Part shown: piece after piece, positions 6,777 to 14,651 of the stretch
How positions within the stretch are numbered: position 1 is the first letter of the stretch
How the letters are laid out: every line of letters begins with the position of its first letter
From: a virus
Taxonomy: Duplodnaviria > Heunggongvirae > Uroviricota > Caudoviricetes
Reading direction: 5' to 3' (one strand)
IMG/VR virus record: IMGVR_UViG_3300045049_000056
Location: 64,001-88,355 of that record
DNA length: 24,355 nucleotides
The notes under the pieces: generated by a model
What the model was told of the DNA's origin: nothing
Database searches by the model: none
The model's input: the letters and a program-made list of their open reading frames with translations, nothing else
Position numbers and translations under genes: made by a program

Positions 6777-6871
6777 AGACTGCCAAGACTTTGTTTAGTA
6801 TCCCTTTTCTCTGGGTTATGTTGTTCATTCTATGGGTAGCCATTAAATGCGGATTTAAAATTAGGTGGTGA
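6773..6871 (+). CDS. Small membrane peptide (32 aa)
   Basis: MKTAKTLFSIPFLWVMLFILWVAIKCGFKIRW. Confidence 0.55.
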   Translation: MKTAKTLFSIPFLWVMLFILWVAIKCGFKIRW

Positions 6872-6872
6872 T

Positions 6873-7151
6873 ATGCATGATATTACACGTTACGACGTTG
6901 ACACCCATGGCGAGCTTCCTCTTTCTTATGGCAGGTATGTTCGTTATGAGGATTATGATGAGCATGTGCAGCAGTTGTTGAAAGAGATTGACACTCTGGA
7001 GCATGAGTTAAGGGGCAAGGATACAAGCTATTCTAACGGGTACGAAGACGGACATGATGACGGCTTTCAGTGGGGTAAGCGTGAAGGGCTTGCTAAGCTG
7101 GAGGAGTTTAGAGAAACGCTTAAGGAGATTACGGAAAGTTTACTTGGGTAG
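6873..7151 (+). CDS. Hypothetical protein with GYEDGHDDGFQWG repeat-like motif
   Basis: 92 aa ORF, AGGTGG SD. Confidence 0.75.
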   Translation: MHDITRYDVDTHGELPLSYGRYVRYEDYDEHVQQLLKEIDTLEHELRGKDTSYSNGYEDGHDDGFQWGKREGLAKLEEFRETLKEITESLLG

Positions 7152-7158
7152 CTCGCAG

Positions 7159-7190
7159 GCTCGCTGACGAAGGTTGGCGGGCTTTTTGTT
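7159..7190 (+). terminator. Intrinsic terminator
   Basis: GCTCGCTGAC-GAAG-GTTGGCGGGC-TTTTT. Confidence 0.8.
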
Positions 7191-7200
7191 TGAAATCCTG

Positions 7201-7230
7201 TTGACAAGACAAACTGTAAAGGTGTACCAT
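7201..7230 (+). promoter_or_regulatory. sigma70 promoter of the recombinase
   Basis: TTGACA-18-TACCAT with extended TG. Confidence 0.75.
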
Positions 7231-7260
7231 TCATTCATCAACACAAATAAGGAGAACAAC

Positions 7261-7920
7261 ATGAAAAATATCATTGGCGTATGCCGCGTCTCTACCCGTC
7301 ATCAGGGCGAAACCCGTAATGGCCTTGAGAGTCAACGTGCAGAAATTGAGCGTTGGGCTTCCTATCATGGCTATAATATTATTACCATCATGGATGAGGT
7401 TGCGTCTGGTAGCTTACCTCTCAGTGAGCGTCCTGTGATGTCGGCTGCTCTGGCAATGGCTAAGAAGATGAAAGCTGTTGTTGTGGTGACGAAGACAGAC
7501 CGTTGTAGTCGTGATGCTGAAATCATCCACACACTGATGCAAAAGAAGCAGATCGTCGTGTCTATTGATCTTGGTGTGGCACCTGATGAGTTTGTAGGGC
7601 ACATCTTTGCTGGTTTGGCTCAGAAAGAACGGAAGATGATCGGCATGCGTACAAAAGCTGGCCTTGCCGCTGCCAAGGCTCGTGGCGTCATTCTCGGAAA
7701 CAGAACTAATCTGAAAGAAGCGCAATCTCTTGGGCAACAATCTCAGGCAAAACGTGCTGACTCTTTCGCTCAAAGTATGAAAGTGACGATTCAAGCTTTC
7801 CAAAAATCCGGCATGACGCTGCAACAGATTGCTGATGAACTGAATGCTCGTGAAATTGCCACTGCACGAGGCGGAAATTGGCACACTTCTACGCTGCGGA
7901 ATGTCATCAGCCGCTGGTGA
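7261..7920 (+). CDS. Serine recombinase (resolvase catalytic domain plus short recombinase-type C-terminus)
   Basis: CRVST catalytic Ser, DEVASG, KTDRCSRD, LAQKERKMIGMRTKAGLAAAKARG, TARGGNWH; AAGGAG SD. Confidence 0.93.
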   Translation: MKNIIGVCRVSTRHQGETRNGLESQRAEIERWASYHGYNIITIMDEVASGSLPLSERPVMSAALAMAKKMKAVVVVTKTDRCSRDAEIIHTLMQKKQIVVSIDLGVAPDEFVGHIFAGLAQKERKMIGMRTKAGLAAAKARGVILGNRTNLKEAQSLGQQSQAKRADSFAQSMKVTIQAFQKSGMTLQQIADELNAREIATARGGNWHTSTLRNVISRW

Positions 7921-8009
7921 GAAATTTCTTTAAAAATATTTTTCAACATCATGATTCTAAAGAGAAATATGTAGTGTCAAACTGATAAATATCTGTGCAG
8001 GACATCTGT

Positions 8010-8050
8010 AAGGGAGGGCTTCTTTTGAGGCTGCTCCCTTTTTGCGTTTT
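8010..8050 (+). terminator. Intrinsic terminator after the recombinase
   Basis: AAGGGAG-GGCTTC-TTTT-GAGGCT-G-CTCCCTT-TTTGCGTTTT. Confidence 0.8.
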
Positions 8051-8121
8051 TAGGTGGCTTTCCTAGATTCGTCACTGAGGCGGTTTCGTTGCTTAATGGG
8101 GCCGCCCAGTACGGAAAACCG

Positions 8122-8275
8122 CCCCTCTCTGAGCCCTAAAATATCAAGGCAAACTGTATTCGGTCGTATACGGCTTGTCTTTTGCCCTCCTCTAGCCTAC
8201 TCCTCACGCCATCCCATTAGCGCACGCTTGCCCATCGCTACCTAGCTAGCCCCACGCAATCCCCTCTCTGAGCCC
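8122..8275 (+). repeat. 15-bp direct repeat CCCCTCTCTGAGCCC
   Basis: Copies at 8122-8136 and 8261-8275. Confidence 0.85.
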
Positions 8276-8470
8276 CATAGCGCCCCTCTGCGGCCTTCCT
8301 TTCGCTCGTCCTACGTCTACCTACACAGATCGTCCTCTCACAGCCCTAGCGCCTCGTTAGCTGCTGCCATGCTGCTATACAGGTCTGTCTCGTCACGCTA
8401 TCACGCCGTCCTGTGCGGACATGCTGCAATAGATAACCATTTGGTTATGAATTAGTGCGCTTGTGTGGAA

Positions 8471-8486
8471 TGTGACGTACATCACA
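8471..8486. promoter_or_regulatory. CRP-family binding-site consensus
   Basis: aaTGTGA-cgtaca-TCACAat. Confidence 0.55.
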
Positions 8487-8518
8487 ATGCCCTTGTGTTT
8501 GCCCAAGGGTGCGAGGTT

Positions 8519-8547
8519 TTGAGAGGGAAACGAAGTTTTGCTAAACT
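8519..8547 (+). promoter_or_regulatory. sigma70 promoter antisense to the early block
   Basis: TTGAGA-17-TAAACT with extended TG. Confidence 0.55.
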
Positions 8548-8635
8548 ACTATGTCCCTATTAAATGCTGCCCAATAGCACTCTGTCCCTAATTAGCCTAT
8601 TTAGCACACTACGCAGCCACACAGAAAAGCGCTCG

Positions 8636-8664
8636 CACAAAAGGAAAAGACCGCATTAGCGGCC
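8636..8664 (-). terminator. Terminator ending the early minus-strand block
   Basis: GGCCGC-TAAT-GCGGTC-TTTTCCTTTT. Confidence 0.85.
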
Positions 8665-8666
8665 TA

Positions 8667-8861
8667 TTATGTATTACTCTGCAACAAAGATTGCCAATAC
8701 TCTAGCCTAATCTTTTGGTAGGCTAAGTCTTCTATGTAGTTCTTAAGTAATCCTCTTTTACCCTTTTCAGGATGCTGTTGATAGTATGCAATGCTCTTCT
8801 CTGCAATACCTATCTCGTGTTTATGCCATTCAATCATAGCTTGCACATCCACATTAATCAT
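8667..8861 (-). CDS. Hypothetical protein
   Basis: 64 aa, coupled to upstream gene, ends at terminator. Confidence 0.75.
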   Translation of the reverse strand: MINVDVQAMIEWHKHEIGIAEKSIAYYQQHPEKGKRGLLKNYIEDLAYQKIRLEYWQSLLQSNT

Positions 8862-9127
8862 TTCAACCCCTTACGCTCAATCGTTGCAACCATATTAGCG
8901 AACGTGCTTTCAAAGGTGATGTCATAGTCGCCACCGAAGCCCACCGTAACAACATGCTCCACAGTCTCCATAGCACCGTCGATGTACAGAGTACCTTTCC
9001 CAAGGAATGCACCGAACATTGCACGTTGCTCTTTAGCAGACAGCTTGCCCTTCCACTTACCGCATACGCTACCTACTTTGTCTTGCAGGAAGAAGGCAAT
9101 GTTTGCTGCGATTTCGTATTTGTTCAT
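8858..9127 (-). CDS. Hypothetical protein
   Basis: 89 aa, GGAG SD, promoter upstream. Confidence 0.8.
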   Translation of the reverse strand: MNKYEIAANIAFFLQDKVGSVCGKWKGKLSAKEQRAMFGAFLGKGTLYIDGAMETVEHVVTVGFGGDYDITFESTFANMVATIERKGLK

Positions 9128-9166
9128 GTTAGGCTCCGTGTTTGTTAGTGCTGCGTCGATGTAGTA

Positions 9167-9195
9167 ATCATCTCACAGCTACTTAAGCAATGCAA
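9167..9195 (-). promoter_or_regulatory. Early-type sigma70 promoter
   Basis: TTGC-TTGCAT-17-GATGAT. Confidence 0.55.
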
Positions 9196-9203
9196 GCAAT
9201 TTC

Positions 9204-9578
9204 TTAATCTTTTTTGATGCGTGCTTTGTAGAAGATCGTACCATCCTGCCTAGTGTGTCCGCCGTCATGCATCATCTTCCTAGCTTGCTTGATAGCATCG
9301 TTAGCGTCCCTTGCTATACATTCCCAATCAGAACCGTCTACAGGCTCGTTATAAGACGGATACTTGCTCACAATACGAACGATGTACGTTTTAACGTTCT
9401 CTGCCTTACGAACGCTTACAGGCGCTTTCTGACGCAAGCCAAGGGCAGAATCAAGTGGTTGGCGAATGCCAAGCGCTGATTCGATCTCTTCCAGAGTTCC
9501 CATTACAGGCTCTTGGTTGTATCCGTTGACGTATGCGTAATACGTGCCACTGTTCAGGATTCCGATGCGGTCATCCAT
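9204..9578 (-). CDS. Hypothetical protein
   Basis: 124 aa, AGGAG SD. Confidence 0.8.
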   Translation of the reverse strand: MDDRIGILNSGTYYAYVNGYNQEPVMGTLEEIESALGIRQPLDSALGLRQKAPVSVRKAENVKTYIVRIVSKYPSYNEPVDGSDWECIARDANDAIKQARKMMHDGGHTRQDGTIFYKARIKKD

Positions 9579-9617
9579 GTTTAGCTCCTGTTGAAGTGTT
9601 ATGTTCCTATGTGAGAC

Positions 9618-9645
9618 ATTCTACAGGAACAAACGGACATGTCAA
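9618..9645 (-). promoter_or_regulatory. Early-type sigma70 promoter
   Basis: AGTGC-TTGACA-16-TAGAAT. Confidence 0.75.
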
Positions 9646-9664
9646 GCACTTCAAGCAAATAAAT

Positions 9665-9838
9665 TCACTTAACAACAATCTCCACCTCAATCAGCCTATG
9701 CTCAAAAGCATGATGTTTGTATTTCTCATACTCTCTTTCCGCCTCTTCTCTGAAGAGAAACACTTGCAAGGTTGATTTATGTACATCTCCTACGCAAGTA
9801 GACCACCCTAGCGCACTTTTAAACTGAATTGCCCACAT
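9665..9838 (-). CDS. Hypothetical protein (57 aa)
   Basis: Manual translation MWAIQFKSALGW...LIEVEIVVK. Confidence 0.6.
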   Translation of the reverse strand: MWAIQFKSALGWSTCVGDVHKSTLQVFLFREEAEREYEKYKHHAFEHRLIEVEIVVK

Positions 9839-9926
9839 AGCAGCCCTGACGAATGTAAAGAATTAGGGAGGCTATACACGCCTCAACACAGGTTCGCACT
9901 TCGTAGAATAAAGGGTACATTTCTGT

Positions 9927-10037
9927 TCATGTCCTACCCAGCCAACTTGTGAGTGGAACGAGCAAGGCAGACTGCTTGTCAGGCTGCACCCATGCAGGAA
10001 CCTCGTATTCCTTGTCAAGGAATGTGATTGTTTTCAT
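9927..10037 (-). CDS. Short ORF, possibly truncated (36 aa)
   Basis: MKTITFLDKEYEVPAWVQ...; may continue in another frame to 9872. Confidence 0.35.
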   Translation of the reverse strand: MKTITFLDKEYEVPAWVQPDKQSALLVPLTSWLGRT

Positions 10038-10053
10038 GTTCATTGCATAAGCC

Positions 10054-10206
10054 TCACTTCAGCCTGACTACTGGAATAGAATCATCGTCATCATAAGACG
10101 ATTGCTCAAGCATACTCACTTGTATATCGCCCCATCGTTCGTCATCAAACACAACCTCAACATCAGGTCCCTCTAGAAGCTTCTTAGCTAGTTCATGTGC
10201 TGTCAT
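10054..10206 (-). CDS. Hypothetical protein (50 aa)
   Basis: MTAHELAKKLLEGPDVEV...; GGAGG SD. Confidence 0.7.
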   Translation of the reverse strand: MTAHELAKKLLEGPDVEVVFDDERWGDIQVSMLEQSSYDDDDSIPVVRLK

Positions 10207-10207
10207 G

Positions 10208-10396
10208 TCATTCCTCCAAAAGCAATCTTACCAACATCTTCTCTGTCGGCACCATGATATGGTCGCTAGACCTGCCGTCTTTATAAGTGATCTTGTGAAT
10301 ACTGTAATGACCTTCAGGATTCAACGTAAATTCATGTTTTGTTTCATTGTCATCTACAACGGTTAGAGACTTTGATTTCTTTGTAATTTTCATCAC
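10208..10396 (-). CDS. Hypothetical protein
   Basis: 62 aa, GAGG SD. Confidence 0.7.
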   Translation of the reverse strand: MMKITKKSKSLTVVDDNETKHEFTLNPEGHYSIHKITYKDGRSSDHIMVPTEKMLVRLLLEE

Positions 10397-10402
10397 TCAT
10401 CC

Positions 10403-10600
10403 TCAGAACCACTTAAGATCACAAACAGTAATGCGGTAATCCATTGTAGCATCATCCTTCCGCTTATGCTCTAGCTCCTCCTCTGCATCCTGTTGGAAGA
10501 TGTAAGCACATGGACAAGATTTCCCGTCACATGTCTTGTCGAAGCACATAGCCCAAATGGCGTAGATGTTGTTCTTTGGTTTGCTTTGAATGGTGTACAT
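10403..10600 (-). CDS. Hypothetical protein
   Basis: GGAGG SD before MYTIQ. Confidence 0.7.
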   Translation of the reverse strand: MYTIQSKPKNNIYAIWAMCFDKTCDGKSCPCAYIFQQDAEEELEHKRKDDATMDYRITVCDLKWF

Positions 10601-10602
10601 GA

Positions 10603-10701
10603 CTATTCCTCCCAAGCTTGTTGGTGCATCCGGCTAAGCATTTGCCAAAAGCAAGACATAACGTTATCCACTTCGTCCTCTGGAATGTTGAATTCGTTCA
10701 T
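10603..10701 (-). CDS. Hypothetical peptide (32 aa)
   Basis: MNEFNIPEDEVDNVMSCFWQMLSRMHQQAWEE; fills the gap exactly. Confidence 0.5.
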   Translation of the reverse strand: MNEFNIPEDEVDNVMSCFWQMLSRMHQQAWEE

Positions 10702-10946
10702 TTATGCAACTCCCCGTGTAATGGATCACGCTCCATAGCACGATGCATCTTGTTGATACCTGAGTTCTCATCCAACAAAGCTGTAAACACTGTACCAATG
10801 ATTTCTACATGCCCTTGCGACATTTTATTAGAATGCTCTGCCCACATCTCATACATTTCTTTATAGTGCTTAGCTTGCCTCTTCCAATAGTCCCGTTCCT
10901 CTGCAAGCTCAATGATTTCATAAGCCATGTTTACGATGTTCATCAT
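10698..10946 (-). CDS. Hypothetical protein
   Basis: 82 aa, coupled. Confidence 0.75.
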   Translation of the reverse strand: MMNIVNMAYEIIELAEERDYWKRQAKHYKEMYEMWAEHSNKMSQGHVEIIGTVFTALLDENSGINKMHRAMERDPLHGELHK

Positions 10947-11137
10947 TTCTTCTCCACAGAGAACATGCCGATTGGATAATGTGGACCTTTCTCAATCGCA
11001 TTATAAGCAACAAATCTGCCCTCTTCAAACTGTTGTGCAAGATGACGAAGCACTCTAGCTGCTACATCTCGTTGACTATCGCCCATCTCATCAAAGCTAT
11101 CGTTGATGTCTGTATCGAATTCGATTTTAACTTTCAT
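10943..11137 (-). CDS. Hypothetical protein
   Basis: 64 aa, AGGAG SD. Confidence 0.75.
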   Translation of the reverse strand: MKVKIEFDTDINDSFDEMGDSQRDVAARVLRHLAQQFEEGRFVAYNAIEKGPHYPIGMFSVEKK

Positions 11138-11208
11138 ATTGTTCTCCTAGTAATCATCATCACTTGCGAGCGTAAACGAGCAAGGAAGACTGTGCGAAGC
11201 AACAGGCT

Positions 11209-11604
11209 TCATTCATCCTTCTCAATTGTAGAGCTAACATTCCCATAGCTGTCTTCCCACACAACAGCCTTACCCTTTGCACCAACACTATCATCTTTAA
11301 ATACTAACATCAATCCGCTGTCGCTTACAAGTTGTTTATAAGCATAGCTGTGTTTATTCATGTTAATACGCTCTACAAGCTGTTTGATGATGTCTTTCTT
11401 AACTCCTACTTTACCGGAGCCATGTCCCACTTTACAGCCGATGTCTTCTAGCGGCTTATCCTCATACCGCTGCATATCAATGCAATATTGCATTTTAAGC
11501 TGTAGCCCATCCATAGGGTGACTGGAAGCGTAAGACTTGGAAGATTGGACGCAACCAAGCATTACAACGAGAGTGAGGATGCAGAGGGGGAGGAGCTTGT
11601 TCAT
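11209..11604 (-). CDS. Exported protein / possible lipoprotein
   Basis: N-terminal Lys, hydrophobic stretch and VMLG-C lipobox-like motif. Confidence 0.7.
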   Translation of the reverse strand: MNKLLPLCILTLVVMLGCVQSSKSYASSHPMDGLQLKMQYCIDMQRYEDKPLEDIGCKVGHGSGKVGVKKDIIKQLVERINMNKHSYAYKQLVSDSGLMLVFKDDSVGAKGKAVVWEDSYGNVSSTIEKDE

Positions 11605-11609
11605 GTTAT

Positions 11610-11870
11610 TTATTCCTCGTCGTAAAAGCCATAAGAGATGATTTCAACAACATCATTGTAAGCTTTCTGCCAATCAACCTTGTTACCTTTAGTGTTGATG
11701 TATCCATGCCCTGTGATGCCACTGTCGATAGAGCATCCAGAGGATTTAAATGTTTTTCCTTCAGGAGCTTCTAACGTTATTTCCCATGTGGAGCCAGAGT
11801 CATCGATTTCTAGAGAGCAACCATGTTGCTCTGCATATGCAATCATCTTGTTTTGGATGGCTTTGCTCAT
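11610..11870 (-). CDS. Hypothetical protein
   Basis: CAAGGAGAACATC-ATG leader after a promoter. Confidence 0.8.
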   Translation of the reverse strand: MSKAIQNKMIAYAEQHGCSLEIDDSGSTWEITLEAPEGKTFKSSGCSIDSGITGHGYINTKGNKVDWQKAYNDVVEIISYGFYDEE

Positions 11871-11913
11871 GATGTTCTCCTTGACGTTGTTATTCGTGCT
11901 GCCCATGAAGAAC

Positions 11914-11942
11914 ATCTTACAGACTCCTCCCAAGCATGTCAA
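11914..11942 (-). promoter_or_regulatory. Early-type sigma70 promoter
   Basis: AGTGC-TTGACA-17-TAAGAT. Confidence 0.85.
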
Positions 11943-12295
11943 GCACTATTCTTAGCTTTCTTAGCAACCAAGTCTTCTTCGAGACAACAAAGCATCCAAT
12001 CAATCCATTGTAGGCGATATTTGCGCAAGCTGTCAGCATCCAGTTCAAGATTAAGTCGCTTATTGTTAGTTTTCACCCAATCTTGATAATAAGCATGACG
12101 ACCCAATGCTTTGCTAATATAGTCAGTCAATTTTTCATAAACACCCCATTTAAGAATACTCCAATCCATACTTCTAGCAGCAGAGCTTAAAGCGTAGCAA
12201 ATGTATTTTTGATCTTTTCTGCTGATGATTTTTCTTGCCTCTTTAAGCAATCTAATTTTCATGTCCAACACTTCAACGCTGTCTTTCTTAGCCAT
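11939..12295 (-). CDS. Hypothetical protein
   Basis: 118 aa; stop TGA lies inside the TTGACA box. Confidence 0.75.
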   Translation of the reverse strand: MAKKDSVEVLDMKIRLLKEARKIISRKDQKYICYALSSAARSMDWSILKWGVYEKLTDYISKALGRHAYYQDWVKTNNKRLNLELDADSLRKYRLQWIDWMLCCLEEDLVAKKAKNSA

Positions 12296-12297
12296 GA

Positions 12298-12411
12298 TTA
12301 TTTGTAGTCCTTCGTAATGATGTAAATTAAATACCCTACGACAACAACACTGATGATGTAGGTTAGGATTGTGAGGATTGCATCATAAGATGCGCTGTCG
12401 TCGTAGCTCAT
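12298..12411 (-). CDS. Small membrane peptide (37 aa)
   Basis: MSYDDSASYDAILTILTYIISVVVVGYLIYIITKDYK. Confidence 0.6.
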   Translation of the reverse strand: MSYDDSASYDAILTILTYIISVVVVGYLIYIITKDYK

Positions 12412-12412
12412 G

Positions 12413-12649
12413 TTAGTAATCGCTATCCTCATGCCAGTCAATCACACCCGCTTGCAAACCCTCTTGCATCATTTCAATACACCATTTCTTAGGATCAGCA
12501 TCAATAAACCATGTGCGACTATCATTCATCCACTGTTTTGCATGTTCGATTGCATCCTCTTCATTCTCAGCAATCACTGTCACGTTTTGAAGGTATGCGG
12601 AAAAGTAACTTCCACACTCAGAACGACAAGAGATATTATAGATGTTCAT
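12413..12649 (-). CDS. Hypothetical protein
   Basis: Start MNIYNISC chosen by operon coupling. Confidence 0.7.
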   Translation of the reverse strand: MNIYNISCRSECGSYFSAYLQNVTVIAENEEDAIEHAKQWMNDSRTWFIDADPKKWCIEMMQEGLQAGVIDWHEDSDY

Positions 12650-12650
12650 G

Positions 12651-12776
12651 TCATAGAATCCCAGCTTTATGAAAATCGTAATATACAGCGAATGGCAAGC
12701 TAAACAGAGCAAGAGCCATCAGCACTAACCAAGCTACAAAGCATGCTGTGTGGATGCGTTCAAAGAGGGTGTTCAT
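12651..12776 (-). CDS. Small membrane peptide (41 aa)
   Basis: MNTLFERIHTACFVAWLVLMALALFSLPFAVYYDFHKAGIL. Confidence 0.6.
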   Translation of the reverse strand: MNTLFERIHTACFVAWLVLMALALFSLPFAVYYDFHKAGIL

Positions 12777-12972
12777 TGCACACACTGTATATCAAAGCAA
12801 AACGTTTCTTTTCATACTGCATTATCTTACCATTAGCTCTTTCAACCCAAATCCAATCGGAGTGCGGGTATTTGTTAAGAGTAACTATCTCCCCTAGAGA
12901 CAATCCACCATCGCACTCTGAACCGTCTTCCATTTTGACATCTATTGTCAAAAGTTTATCTCCTATTTTCAT
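12760..12972 (-). CDS. Hypothetical protein
   Basis: MKIGDKLL..., AAGGGG SD-like. Confidence 0.7.
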   Translation of the reverse strand: MKIGDKLLTIDVKMEDGSECDGGLSLGEIVTLNKYPHSDWIWVERANGKIMQYEKKRFALIYSVCNEHPL

Positions 12973-12982
12973 CTTACACCCC

Positions 12983-13180
12983 TTAGTTGTTTTCTGCACG
13001 ATGTTGAAAGTACACAGCAAGGATAACACACACCAGCATAGGAAGAGGCATCGTCACAATGCTATTGCTCATGAAAGGCTCCAGAGCTACAGCCAAATCG
13101 AAGCCAGCAAAGAATGCCGGGAGAGTGCTAATCATGCACAGGAAGGAAAGAGCGATGTAGAGGAAAGAAGAGGATTTCAT
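12983..13180 (-). CDS. Two-TM membrane protein (65 aa)
   Basis: Two hydrophobic segments, GGAG SD. Confidence 0.7.
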   Translation of the reverse strand: MKSSSFLYIALSFLCMISTLPAFFAGFDLAVALEPFMSNSIVTMPLPMLVCVILAVYFQHRAENN

Positions 13181-13251
13181 TTGTTGCTCCGTGTTTGTTG
13201 AGTCAGTAGAGACAGTGTACGCAAGATTCTTAAGCTTTGCAAGCACTGTTC

Positions 13252-13464
13252 TTAAGAAATCTTACTGTTCTTACGAAGCAACACTTCCAGAAGATTTAGA
13301 GCATTGTCTATACACTCTGTCTTAGTATCGCCGCAAACAGGGCCGGAGTACACTGTCATTCCAAGGCTAGGATGTTCTAACACTTGCGGACTGTAGATTT
13401 CCCTTCCTTCAGAATCTACTAGCCGCCAAGGCTGACGGCTGTAACTCAATTTTTCAATCTTCAT
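13252..13464 (-). CDS. Hypothetical protein
   Basis: MKIEKLSYSRQPWRL..., GAGG SD. Confidence 0.75.
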   Translation of the reverse strand: MKIEKLSYSRQPWRLVDSEGREIYSPQVLEHPSLGMTVYSGPVCGDTKTECIDNALNLLEVLLRKNSKIS

Positions 13465-13592
13465 TTTTCCCACACCTCGTAGCAGCCAGCAGAAACAGGA
13501 ACAACGTAGAAGAAACGACCGTTAGCGGTAAAGTTTGCAATACGGCAGAACAGGTTGGCATCGGATTCGGTGTTGTAGGTTGCGTATTTCAT
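13461..13592 (-). CDS. Hypothetical protein (43 aa)
   Basis: MKYATYNTESDANLFCRIANF...EVWEK; GGAG SD; ATGA overlap. Confidence 0.65.
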   Translation of the reverse strand: MKYATYNTESDANLFCRIANFTANGRFFYVVPVSAGCYEVWEK

Positions 13593-13625
13593 GTTCGCTG
13601 CTCCGTTGTTTGAGTTGATGTGCTT

Positions 13626-13654
13626 ATCTTACTTGCGCTATCTGTCAGTGTCAA
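13626..13654 (-). promoter_or_regulatory. Early-type sigma70 promoter
   Basis: TTGACA-17-TAAGAT. Confidence 0.85.
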
Positions 13655-13727
13655 CAACTTTCTTGTTTATTTTTGTGTTTGTTAGGCGACATGGCGCTAG
13701 CCATGCTTGTACGCCTTAAATCAATAA

Positions 13728-13756
13728 TTGACAAGAATCACTTTGTACTATATAAT
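13728..13756 (+). promoter_or_regulatory. Perfect-consensus sigma70 promoter of the plus-strand cassette
   Basis: TTGACA-17-TATAAT. Confidence 0.9.
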
Positions 13757-13800
13757 TCTATAGTTGTGCAATACTTTTATCTACTTCTAGAGGAACCACT

Positions 13801-13998
13801 ATGCCACGTAAGAATTTTAGTTATGCAAATGCCACTGTAGCACAGATTTTTGAACACTTCAAGACATCATCTGCTCAAGCTATCCATCTTGCTAGGAAGA
13901 CATGGAAGACTGACGAGGAAGTGTCTAACCGTGTTGAGGATGCATATCGACAGTACAAGATGTACAAGTTAGAGGAAAAGTTGTCTGTGCGGGGCTAA
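13801..13998 (+). CDS. Hypothetical protein (cassette gene 1)
   Basis: 65 aa, GAGG SD. Confidence 0.75.
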   Translation: MPRKNFSYANATVAQIFEHFKTSSAQAIHLARKTWKTDEEVSNRVEDAYRQYKMYKLEEKLSVRG

Positions 13999-14050
13999 GA
14001 TTCGGAATGCTTTTATATAAGACACTTTTTGCTAAATCTGTGGATAACTC

Positions 14051-14635
14051 ATGACTCAACGAAAACCTAGCAAGTACATTCGCACGATGATGCGCCTAGA
14101 CAGTGGTGATTACGTTACAGCACGCATCAACAAAGAGACAGGCGAGATTCGGCCGTTCAAGTACAAGACGAAGAAAAAACCACCTGTGCCGACGTTTAAA
14201 GCGGTCCCTACGGGCCTTCCTCCGTTTTGGGTAGGCATGCCGATAGCTGGCACAGAACGCATGCGTACAGGCTCTATCGAGTCGTCCAAAGCTATCGAAA
14301 ACCCATTCTTTGGGATGCTGGATCAGTACGACGTTTACGAAGTTCGTAACGGTGGCGTAGGCAACATGGTTAGTGCGGATAGCGAACTAAGCGAAGACGA
14401 ACTAGACGATGCTATCACATCTCTTGCCGACAACATGCCGTTCCTAGACAACTATTTTGTCGGGATTGCAAATCTTGGGGAAAGTAATCCGTTGAGCAAG
14501 AATGTTATGTTCCACCTGTTGCGATCCTTACCAGAGATTAGCAGCAACACGATTTATCAAGCAACACACTATAGCCCTAACTACTGCCAACGACTGGCAA
14601 CAGCTTTGCGAGTGTTTATAAAACTAACAACATGA
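14051..14635 (+). CDS. Hypothetical protein, basic N-terminus, possible C-terminal HTH (cassette gene 2)
   Basis: 194 aa; the HTH is inferred from the helical pattern only. Confidence 0.75.
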   Translation: MTQRKPSKYIRTMMRLDSGDYVTARINKETGEIRPFKYKTKKKPPVPTFKAVPTGLPPFWVGMPIAGTERMRTGSIESSKAIENPFFGMLDQYDVYEVRNGGVGNMVSADSELSEDELDDAITSLADNMPFLDNYFVGIANLGESNPLSKNVMFHLLRSLPEISSNTIYQATHYSPNYCQRLATALRVFIKLTT

Positions 14636-14651
14636 AAGAGATATAATATTT

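Noticed and set aside
7174-7260. N-terminal extension of the recombinase in the ORF track
   Set aside because: It runs through a terminator and a promoter; the strong SD lies before ATG 7261.
7951-7980. Antisense promoter into the recombinase gene (TTGACA...TAGAAT)
   Set aside because: The spacer is only 15 bp, and the alternative -10 is poor.
8051-8666. CRISPR-like array, and ORF 8054-8245
   Set aside because: There are only two copies of a 15-mer with no regular repeat-spacer period; the ORF has no SD and low-complexity composition.
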